Assembly (NCBI GenBank): GCA_964645155.1
Contig: CAZYBG010000003.1
Span: forward strand, 7,093-71,092
Direction: 5' to 3'
DNA from: an uncultured Rhodobacterales bacterium
GTDB lineage: Bacteria > Pseudomonadota > Alphaproteobacteria > Rhodobacterales > Rhodobacteraceae
Length of the DNA: 64,000 nt
This document shows, piece after piece, positions 16,893 through 24,331 of this stretch. The position numbers and the translations under genes were made by a program. Numbering within the stretch: position 1 is the stretch's first letter; every line of letters starts with the position of its first letter. The notes beneath the pieces were generated by a model. That model had not been told where the DNA came from. It was given only the letters and a program-made list of their open reading frames with translations, and did not search any database.

Positions 16893-18106
16893 CAGGCGGC
16901 CTCTCCCTCGAGGATCAGCGCGGGGTTCAGCAGAAGCCGCCGCAGCACGCCCGCATTGGCTTGGAGATCGAAGAGCAGTTCGGCCCGCGCCCGGCCGGCG
17001 CATCCCATGGCCCGTGCCCGGGCCGGATCGGCGAGCACGATTGTCAGCACGTTGGCCAGCGCCTCGGCATCGCCCGGCGGGCAGAGCTGCCCGGTCACGC
17101 CGTCCTCGACGATCTCGGGCCCGCCCGAGACCGTGGTGGTGACGACCGGCAGCGCGCAGGCCATCGCCTCCAGCAGCACGGTCGGCAGCCCGTCGCGGTC
17201 GCCGGTATCGGTCACGACGCAGGGCAGGACGGCGGCCTCGGCCCGCGCCATGCGCCCGGCCAGCACCTCCTGCGGCAGCGGCGGCTCCAGGGTGATCCGG
17301 TGCTGCAGCCCCAGCGCGACGATCCGCGCGCGCAGGTCGGCTTCGCCCGGCCCGCCGCCAATCAGCGCCAGCCGGAACTCCACGCCCCGCGCCGCCAGGA
17401 TGGCGCAGGCCTCGACCAGCACCTCGAAGCCCTTCTTCGGCACCAGCCGGCCCACCGCGATCAGTTGCCCCCGCCGGCGGGTGCGGGCCGGGGCGAAGGC
17501 CCCGAGGTCGATCCCGTTGTAGAGCCGCACGATCCGCGCCTCGGGGCAGAGCGCGCGCAGGTGGCGCGCATTGTAGTCGGACACGGTGACGACGAAGGCG
17601 GCCTGCCGCAGCTTCGCCCGGCGCATCGCCGCGTCGGCCTCGGGCGTGACATAGGTGTGGTAGATGTCCCTGGCATGCGCGGTAAACGAATAGGTGCCGC
17701 CGATGGCCCGCGCGGCGAGGCAGGCCACGGTGGTCGCGTCCGAGCCGAAATGCGCGTGCAGATGGCTGATGCCGCGTGCGCGCGCGGCCTCGGCGACCGC
17801 CTCGGCCTTCGCCAGCAGCGCCGCGGTCTCGCGGGGCGTCTTGCCCGAGAACAACGCGGCATCGCCCGGCGCAGGCGTCCCGCCGGCGTCCCGCGCGGCG
17901 TTCTTCAGCACGATGACCTCGGCCTTCAGGTCGGCGAGGCGGGCGTGGCGCGGTTCGTCCGGCGGCTGCAGCAGCGAGAACACATGCGCCTCGGCCCCCG
18001 CCGCCTCGTGGGCGAGCAGCTCGTTCAGGATGAAGGTCTCGCTGAACCTCGGAAACCGCTTGAGCACATAGCCGATGCGGCGGCTGGCGTCAGAGGGCGC
18101 GGGCAT
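16892..18106 (-). CDS. Glycosyltransferase family 4 (WcaL-like)
   Basis: Start MPAPSDASRRIGYVLKRFPRFSETFILNE. GT4 block GDRDGLPTVLLEAMACALPVVTT. Overlaps the upstream gene by 17 nt. Confidence 0.8.
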   Translation of the reverse strand: MPAPSDASRRIGYVLKRFPRFSETFILNELLAHEAAGAEAHVFSLLQPPDEPRHARLADLKAEVIVLKNAARDAGGTPAPGDAALFSGKTPRETAALLAKAEAVAEAARARGISHLHAHFGSDATTVACLAARAIGGTYSFTAHARDIYHTYVTPEADAAMRRAKLRQAAFVVTVSDYNARHLRALCPEARIVRLYNGIDLGAFAPARTRRRGQLIAVGRLVPKKGFEVLVEACAILAARGVEFRLALIGGGPGEADLRARIVALGLQHRITLEPPLPQEVLAGRMARAEAAVLPCVVTDTGDRDGLPTVLLEAMACALPVVTTTVSGGPEIVEDGVTGQLCPPGDAEALANVLTIVLADPARARAMGCAGRARAELLFDLQANAGVLRRLLLNPALILEGEAA

Positions 18107-19664
18107 GGGGTGCCTCCTCGCCGGCCTGAGGATCGCTCTCGCGCAGCAGCGATGCCAGCACGCCGGCGGCACGGGTCACGCCGTCGAGATCGGGCAGCGC
18201 GCGCGGGACGGGCGGCGGGGTCCGCATCAGCCGGGCCAGCGCCTCGGCGGACAGCGCCTCGCGGTCGAGATGCCGGGCGAGGCCGTGCGCCGCCAGCGCC
18301 TCGGCGCGCATCCGCTGCTCGGCCGACGGGCCGAGCCGCGGGACGGTGACGATCGGGCAGCCGACGGCGAGCGCCTCGTTGATCGTGTTATAGCCGGTCA
18401 TCGTGATGAGAAGGTCGGCCTCGGAGAGGAGCGCGGGGAAATCGGCGACGTGCCGGCGCAGGTCGATCCCGGCGGCGCGCGCGCGCCCCTCCGCCTCGTC
18501 CTGCAGCTCGCTGTCCATCAGCGGGCCGGTCACCACGGTGACCTGCGGGCGGCCGCGCCGGGGAAGCCGGGAGACGGCCCCGATCGCCGCCTCGATCAGC
18601 GGGAACGCGTCGCGCCCGCCGCCACCCGAGACAACGACCCGCCGCGGTGCGCCCTGCCCGGCCGGGCGCGTCCTGCCGCGGCGGGCGGTGGTGACGATGC
18701 CGCAGGGCGTGACCCGGCCTGGCAGCAGCGCGTCGAGCCCGTACGCCGCGGCGGTGGGGAAGAAGCCCGCATCACCATAGACGAGGACGCGGTCGTAGAG
18801 CGACGTGATCGCCCGGTCGGTGCCGGCGGCGGCCCAGGCGGCGCGCAGCCGCCCGGGCTCGTCGAGGATGTCGCGCAGGCCGAGCACGGTACGCGTCCGC
18901 CCGTCGTCGCGGAGGCGCTCGAGCACCGGCCGCAGCTCTCCCATCGCGCCCAGGGGCTCGTGGTCCACCAGAAAGAGGTCGGGGCGGAAGGCGCCGATCA
19001 CGCCGTCGATCACGCCCATGCGCATCGCCCGCGTCGTGGCGGCATCGAGCCGGAGCGAGCCGGCCTGGAACCGGTGGCGGCCGAGCTTCGCCAGCGACGG
19101 CAGCTTGACGTAGTCGACGCCGGGCACCGGGTCGAACATCATGCCGGCGGCGCAGCCGACGAGCATCAGCACCGAAAGGCCCGGCACCTGCGCCGCCAGC
19201 CGGGCGGCGATGGCCGAGTTCCGCCGCATGTGGCCAAGCCCGATGGTGTCGTGCGAGTACATCACGACCGAGGGCCCGGACCGCGGCCGCCCGACCGGCG
19301 GCCCGGCCTCGTTCAGCAGCGCCGCAGCGAGTTCCCGCAGGCGCGACAGCGCGAAGGGCTTGGCGAGGAAGGCCGCCACGGTCAGCTCCTCGGCGCGGGC
19401 GCGGCTTGCCACGCTGTCCTGCCCGGTCATCACGATGACCGGAACCTGCGCCAGGCACTCGGCGGCCTCGCCGATCACGCTCAGGCCGTTGCCGTCGCCA
19501 AGCGAGATGTCGATGATCACGAGGTCGAACCGCCCGGCGGCCAAGGCGGCGCGGGTCGCAGCGGCGGTGGGCGCGTGCACCAGGTGCACGCCCTCTCCCG
19601 CCAGGGCGCGGGCGATGTTGCGGGCCAGCACCGGTTCGTCTTCGGAAAGCAGGATGCGTTTCAT
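18090..19664 (-). CDS. Response-regulator receiver domain fused to a MurG-like (GT28 / Glyco_trans_1_3) glycosyltransferase
   Basis: ATG 19664 (MKRILLSEDEP). REC residues are intact (DE pair, VIIDISLGDGNG phospho-Asp, VMTG, AKPF). After a Pro/Gly linker comes a GT-B domain: HDTIGLGHMRR, VVVSGGGG, LLITMTGYNTINEAL. Confidence 0.8.
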   Translation of the reverse strand: MKRILLSEDEPVLARNIARALAGEGVHLVHAPTAAATRAALAAGRFDLVIIDISLGDGNGLSVIGEAAECLAQVPVIVMTGQDSVASRARAEELTVAAFLAKPFALSRLRELAAALLNEAGPPVGRPRSGPSVVMYSHDTIGLGHMRRNSAIAARLAAQVPGLSVLMLVGCAAGMMFDPVPGVDYVKLPSLAKLGRHRFQAGSLRLDAATTRAMRMGVIDGVIGAFRPDLFLVDHEPLGAMGELRPVLERLRDDGRTRTVLGLRDILDEPGRLRAAWAAAGTDRAITSLYDRVLVYGDAGFFPTAAAYGLDALLPGRVTPCGIVTTARRGRTRPAGQGAPRRVVVSGGGGRDAFPLIEAAIGAVSRLPRRGRPQVTVVTGPLMDSELQDEAEGRARAAGIDLRRHVADFPALLSEADLLITMTGYNTINEALAVGCPIVTVPRLGPSAEQRMRAEALAAHGLARHLDREALSAEALARLMRTPPPVPRALPDLDGVTRAAGVLASLLRESDPQAGEEAPHARAL

Positions 19665-19736
19665 CTGGGCCTCGTCCGATTGCCCCGACCCTGCCTGATC
19701 GCAGGCCGGGACGGGACCGTCCAGACGGGCGGGGCT

Positions 19737-19748
19737 GGGGCAAATGCC
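19737..19748. promoter_or_regulatory. GGGGCAAATGCC element, copy 1 (REC-GT / histidine kinase divergent region)
   Basis: The identical 12-mer recurs at 24254-24265. Related GGGGCATATCC (19760-19770) and GGGAATATGCC (19788-19798) lie nearby. Confidence 0.4.
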
Positions 19749-19881
19749 GGGCACCTTCTGGGGCATATCCCCCAGGGCTGGCGGACCGGGAATATGCCGC
19801 CGGCCCAATCGTATACCTCAGGGTGAGGGCAGGCCGCCTGTGCCTTCCGTTGATTGCGCGAGCTCGCGCCGGGGTCTAAAC

Positions 19882-21291
19882 ATGAGCCGGGGACGGACCA
19901 CAGTCATGGGATTGCTCGACGTGTCGACCATCCTCGCGCTGCGGCACTCGCCGCACTACACCAAGGTGCTGTCGCTCTTCGTGGTCACGAGCTTCGTCGC
20001 GATCTTCGCGACGACCAGTCTGCTCAGCGGATACCTGGCCAACTACATGACCCGCCACATGATGCAGCGCGATGCCGAGGTGACGATGGAGTTCCTCAAC
20101 TCCATCATCCGGGCCGAGGACGCCAGCGACGACTTCTTCGGCGACACGGCCGACATCCGCGCCCCGGCGACGGCGGAGTTCTTCGCCCGCGTCGCGCGGC
20201 TGCCGCATGTGTTCCGCGCCAACGTCTACTCGAGGAGCGGCCGGGTGCTCTGGTCCAGCGATGCCGAGATGATCGGCCGGACCTTCGCCGACAACGCCGA
20301 GCTTGCCGCCACGCTGAAGGGCGAGCTGCACCCCGAGATCGTGGCGGTGGAGCCCGTCGGGAAGGACGAGCATGTCGGCCTGCCCGACACGGTCGAGGAG
20401 TTCATCACGTTCCACATCCCGATCTGGTCACGCGACGGCAGGATCGTGGTCGGCGCGGTCGAGGTCTACAAGGCGCCGCAGAGCCTGCTCGACGCGATCC
20501 GCGGGATCGAGCGGCTGGCGTGGATCGATGCGCTCATCGCCGGCGCGGTCCTGTTCGCGCTGCTGGTGGCGGTCGTTGCCTATTCCACCCGGATCCTGCG
20601 CCGGCAGGAAGCGCGCCTCGTCGAGGCCGAGCGCCTCGCAGTGGTGGGCGAGATGGCGTCCGCCGTCGCGCACGGGCTGCGGAACCCGCTGGCCGCGATC
20701 CGCTCCTGCGCCGAACTGCTGGCCGAGGACGATCTGCCCGACAGCAGCCGCCGCGGCATGCTGGACATCATGAACCAGGTCGACCGGCTCGAGACGTGGA
20801 TCCGCTCGTTCCTCAAGCGGACCCGCGAGGCGCCCGCCTCGGCATCCGACATCGCCCATGTCGACTTGGTCCTGCAGCGTTGCATCCAGGGTTTCCAGAC
20901 GCAGCTCAGAAAGCGCGGGATCCGGGTCGAGATCAGCGGGTCGACCGACACGCCGGTCGTCGCCGCCCGCTCGGAGGAGCTGGAGCAGATCCTCAACACC
21001 ATCCTGTCGAACGCGGTCGAGGCGATGAAGACGGGCGGCGTGCTCTCGCTCGGCTGGCACGCGGTGCCGGGCGGGCGCGTTGCCATCGACATCGCAGACA
21101 CCGGCCCGGGCGTGAGCGACGAGCAGATGAAGCGCCTGTTCGTGCCGTTCCAGACCGGCAAGGCGGCGGGCCTCGGCGTCGGGCTCGCGCTCGGCCGGCG
21201 CATCGCCGAACGGATCGGCGGCACGCTCGACCTGAAGAACCGCCCCGATCGCGGGGTGGAAGTGACGCTGACCGTTCCTGCGAGGGCCTGA
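19882..21291 (+). CDS. Sensor histidine kinase (two TM helices, periplasmic loop, HisKA + HATPase_c)
   Basis: ATG 19882. H-box EMASAVAHGLRNPLAAI, N-box ILSNAVEAM, G-boxes DTGPGV and GLGVGLAL. Divergent from the REC-GT operon. Confidence 0.85.
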   Translation: MSRGRTTVMGLLDVSTILALRHSPHYTKVLSLFVVTSFVAIFATTSLLSGYLANYMTRHMMQRDAEVTMEFLNSIIRAEDASDDFFGDTADIRAPATAEFFARVARLPHVFRANVYSRSGRVLWSSDAEMIGRTFADNAELAATLKGELHPEIVAVEPVGKDEHVGLPDTVEEFITFHIPIWSRDGRIVVGAVEVYKAPQSLLDAIRGIERLAWIDALIAGAVLFALLVAVVAYSTRILRRQEARLVEAERLAVVGEMASAVAHGLRNPLAAIRSCAELLAEDDLPDSSRRGMLDIMNQVDRLETWIRSFLKRTREAPASASDIAHVDLVLQRCIQGFQTQLRKRGIRVEISGSTDTPVVAARSEELEQILNTILSNAVEAMKTGGVLSLGWHAVPGGRVAIDIADTGPGVSDEQMKRLFVPFQTGKAAGLGVGLALGRRIAERIGGTLDLKNRPDRGVEVTLTVPARA

Positions 21292-21292
21292 C

Positions 21293-22510
21293 ATGAGTGA
21301 CATCCTGATCGTTGAAGACGAAACCGTCCTGGCGCGGTCGATGGTGAGCTTTCTGGAACGGCGCGGCTTCTCCGCGGTCTATGCGGTCGATGCGGCCTCG
21401 GCCCGGACGCTGGCCGAGCGGGAACGCCCGCGGCTCGCCATCCTTGACTACAAGCTGAACGACGATGACGGCCTCGATCTCCTGGCCTGGATGCGCGCCG
21501 CCGACCCGCGGGTGCAGGTGGTCATGATGACCGGCCACGGCGATGTCGCGGTCGCGGTCGAGGCGATGAAGCGCGGCGCCCGGGACTTCCTGGTGAAGCC
21601 GACGCCGCTGGCCGCCATAGCGTCGATCGCGCGCGAGCTGATGCTGGACGAGTTCCAGGGCGGGCTCGACCGCACCGGCGCGGAGCGGATCGTCGGCCGG
21701 TCCTCGGCGGCCAACGCGCTGCGCACCTCGGTCCGCAAGCTCGGCCGGCCCGCGCCGAACGGCGCCCGGGCCGGCGTGCTGGTCGTCGGCCCGCAGGGCG
21801 CCGGCAAGACGCTCGCCGCCACCGCGCTGCACGAGGAGGGCGCGCCCGATAGCCCGCTTGTCGTCCTCGACTGCGCACTCGCTGTCGGCGACATCGGTGA
21901 CGCCGTGGCCCGCGCAGGGCGCGGCACGCTTCTGCTGCGCCATGTTGCCGCGCTCCGCACCGAGGAACAGGCGGCGCTTCTCGGCGCGCTCGAGGCAGCC
22001 GAGCATCCGCCCGCGCTGATCGCCACGACAACCGGGCACCTGACGCCCGGGCCGGAGTTCCTGCCGGGCCTGCTCTATCGCATCCAGGTGGGCTGGATCG
22101 ACATCCCGCCGCTGGTCGATCGCGCCGCCGACGTGCTGCCGATCGCCGACATCTTAGCCCGCCGCATCGCGCGCGACCGCGGCGAAGCGCGGCCGCGGTT
22201 CAGCGCCGCCGCCCGGGCGCGGCTGGTCGAGCATGACTGGCCGGGCAACGTGGCGGAACTCGCGAACTGCATCGGGCGCGCCATGCTCCTGCAGTCGGAC
22301 GGCACGATCGAGGCCGACCATGTCCGGCTGATCGGCCGTGGGCCGGGGGACGAGGACGGGATGCCGACCCTGCACGCGCTCGAGGTCAGCGCGATCACCC
22401 GCGCGCTCAGTCGGACCGGGGGCAACGTCTCGCGGGCGGCCGAGCTCCTCGGGATCAGCCGCGACACGCTGCGCTACCGGATGGAGAAGTTCGAGGTGCC
22501 ACGGCACTGA
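21293..22510 (+). CDS. NtrC-family response regulator with degenerate AAA+ domain (no GAFTGA) and Fis-type HTH
   Basis: REC domain (ILDYKLNDDDG, MMTGH, VKP). Walker A-like GPQGAGKT. The region where ESELFGHEKGAFTGA..LFLDEI normally sits reads LDCALAVGDIGDAVARAGRGTLLLRHV. WPGNVAEL block and C-terminal HTH GNVSRAAELLGISRDTLRYRM. Confidence 0.8.
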   Translation: MSDILIVEDETVLARSMVSFLERRGFSAVYAVDAASARTLAERERPRLAILDYKLNDDDGLDLLAWMRAADPRVQVVMMTGHGDVAVAVEAMKRGARDFLVKPTPLAAIASIARELMLDEFQGGLDRTGAERIVGRSSAANALRTSVRKLGRPAPNGARAGVLVVGPQGAGKTLAATALHEEGAPDSPLVVLDCALAVGDIGDAVARAGRGTLLLRHVAALRTEEQAALLGALEAAEHPPALIATTTGHLTPGPEFLPGLLYRIQVGWIDIPPLVDRAADVLPIADILARRIARDRGEARPRFSAAARARLVEHDWPGNVAELANCIGRAMLLQSDGTIEADHVRLIGRGPGDEDGMPTLHALEVSAITRALSRTGGNVSRAAELLGISRDTLRYRMEKFEVPRH

Positions 22511-23180
22511 GGACGCCGAGCACCTCGGCCGCGAAATCGGGGCGCCCGGCCCCCCGCAGCTTGAGGTGCCGGCGGATCAGCGCGAGCCGCAGCAGCCGCG
22601 CGAAGCGGGCGGCATCGCAGGCGCCGCCGAGCGCCCGCCATGCGGCCGGCACGGCGGCCCGCCAGTGGTCGAGCCGTCCGCGGAACGAGGGGCCCGCCCA
22701 GGCGCTGGTGGCGAGATGCGCGACGAAGTTCGCGAGATCGGCCTCGGCCGGGCCCAGCGCCATGTCGTCGAGATCGACGATCCAGACCTCGCCGCCGGGG
22801 CTGGCGACAAGCTGTCCGAGGTGAAAGTCGCCGTGCAGCGTCGCCGCCCCGGTCGGGACCGGTCTGTCGAGCGCCCTTGCGATGGCGGGCGGCACCGCCC
22901 CCTCGAGCCGCGGCCTGATCCGCAGTGCGGGGTCGTAGGCCGGCAGCCCCGGCACCACCGCCCGCTGCAGCGCGAGCAGCGGCGCAAGCAGGTCGGCGAG
23001 CGGCAGGGTCACGATGCCCGGCCCGCTGCCGCCCTCGATCCGGGCGAAGATCACGGCACCGGGCGCCGCGCCCCGCCACGCCTCGGGCGTCGCCACCCCC
23101 TGGGCGCGAAGCACCCGGCTCCGCCGCAGCGCCTCGGCGGCCCGGGCGGGGCTGTCGTGGTGCTTGGCGAAGCCGGTCAT
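22455..23180 (-). CDS. Short protein-kinase-like fold phosphotransferase (APH-like), paralog 3
   Basis: ATG 23180 in an ATGA overlap with the upstream GT gene. Catalytic loop LHGDFHLGQLV and IVDLDD block. Its 3' end overlaps the convergent NtrC-like gene by 56 nt. Confidence 0.6.
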   Translation of the reverse strand: MTGFAKHHDSPARAAEALRRSRVLRAQGVATPEAWRGAAPGAVIFARIEGGSGPGIVTLPLADLLAPLLALQRAVVPGLPAYDPALRIRPRLEGAVPPAIARALDRPVPTGAATLHGDFHLGQLVASPGGEVWIVDLDDMALGPAEADLANFVAHLATSAWAGPSFRGRLDHWRAAVPAAWRALGGACDAARFARLLRLALIRRHLKLRGAGRPDFAAEVLGVLSAVAPRTSPSGSAACRG

Positions 23181-24175
23181 GCCCGGCCCAGGATCTGGCC
23201 CAGGATCAAGGCCGCCGCCCGCGCAGCGCCATCTGGGCCGAGGTCCACCGGGGCACGCCGCCGCGGCCGTGCGACCTGCCCGACAAGCCAGTCCGCCGCC
23301 GCGTGCACCTGCGCCGGGTCGAGCGCGTGGCCAAGCCGCGGCCCCCAGAGCCGCGCCCGTGCCGCCTGATCGTCGAGGCTCCGCGGGATCGCCGCGAGCA
23401 GGGCGGGGGTGTCGGTGCTCGCCAGTTCCAGCACCGAATTGTAGCCGGCGGTAGAGATCGCGAGATCGGCGGCGCGGAACACCGCATCGAGATCGGGGCC
23501 GGGGTCGAAGACCTCGTCGGCCTCGCCCAGCGCGGCGCCGGCGGCCCGCGGCCCGAGCGCCTGCCGCACGTAGAGGGCGCCGTCGAGCTGCGCGCGGGCC
23601 AGCGCGATGACCCGGTCGAGCAGCGGGTAGAGCGCCGCGCGGCTCTGCTCGGTGCCGCCGCCGCCGGTGGCCAGAACGACGCCGCCGGGCTGCGCGCCGG
23701 GGCCGCGGACACCGGCCCGCCGCGCGATCCAGCCCACCGCCTCGACCGTCCGCGCGAAGCCGGGACCGGCGGGCGGCATCCAGTGACCGGGCGGGTTCGG
23801 CACGATCACCGCATCCCACGGCCGGCCGCCGCCCCGGCGGAACCCCTCGATGCTGGCCGCCGGCGTCTCCCGCAGGACCTGGATCATCGGCAGGTCGAGC
23901 GTGGCGGCATCGGGCAGCCGCAACGTGTCGAGCACCGCGGCGGCCGCCCCGCAGTCGCGCAGCGCCGCGGCCATCGCGCTGCGGGGCACGACGAGGATCG
24001 CCTGGAACGCCGCCCGATCGGCATCGGTCAGCCCGTCGGGTTCTGCGTTGCAGAGCAGGATCGGCCGCGCCGCGCCGGACGCCGCGCGCACCGCCCGGGC
24101 GATGGCGGCGGCCCGGCGGAGATGCCCAAGGCCGGACCGGCCCGTGGCAAGGAATGCGATGGGGCGGTTCGTCAT
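23177..24175 (-). CDS. MurG-like (GT28 / Glyco_trans_1_3) glycosyltransferase, paralog of the GT domain of the REC-GT fusion
   Basis: Start chosen at ATG 24175, which has AGGA 4 nt upstream; the track start GTG 24214 lacks an RBS. Motifs GRSGLGHLRR, VVLATGGGG and LAISTAGYNSVLEL parallel those of the REC-GT protein. Confidence 0.7.
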   Translation of the reverse strand: MTNRPIAFLATGRSGLGHLRRAAAIARAVRAASGAARPILLCNAEPDGLTDADRAAFQAILVVPRSAMAAALRDCGAAAAVLDTLRLPDAATLDLPMIQVLRETPAASIEGFRRGGGRPWDAVIVPNPPGHWMPPAGPGFARTVEAVGWIARRAGVRGPGAQPGGVVLATGGGGTEQSRAALYPLLDRVIALARAQLDGALYVRQALGPRAAGAALGEADEVFDPGPDLDAVFRAADLAISTAGYNSVLELASTDTPALLAAIPRSLDDQAARARLWGPRLGHALDPAQVHAAADWLVGQVARPRRRAPVDLGPDGAARAAALILGQILGRA

Positions 24176-24253
24176 CGTCCTGCCTGCACCAGAGGTCCCG
24201 GCGACAGTTGCCACAACCCGGCGCCCGGCGCGACCGCCACAGCCGCGGCGACC

Positions 24254-24267
24254 GGGGCAAATGCCCC
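24254..24267. promoter_or_regulatory. GGGGCAAATGCCCC palindromic element, copy 2 (upstream of the GT28-like/kinase operon)
   Basis: Arms GGGGCA / TGCCCC around AA. Followed by the ATGCC-AGTC-GGCAT inverted repeat at 24295-24308. Confidence 0.4.
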
Positions 24268-24331
24268 GCGAGACGCGCCCGACGGAATCAGGAAATGCCA
24301 GTCGGCATCACGTGATAGAGTGCGCCTTGCG

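Noticed and set aside
19749-19766. Sigma-54-like element GGCAC-N..-GGGCA near the NtrC-like regulator's target region
   Set aside because: The GG and GC dinucleotides are spaced 11 nt apart rather than 10, and the -12 region is GGGCA rather than TTGCW. The adjacent regulator also lacks GAFTGA.
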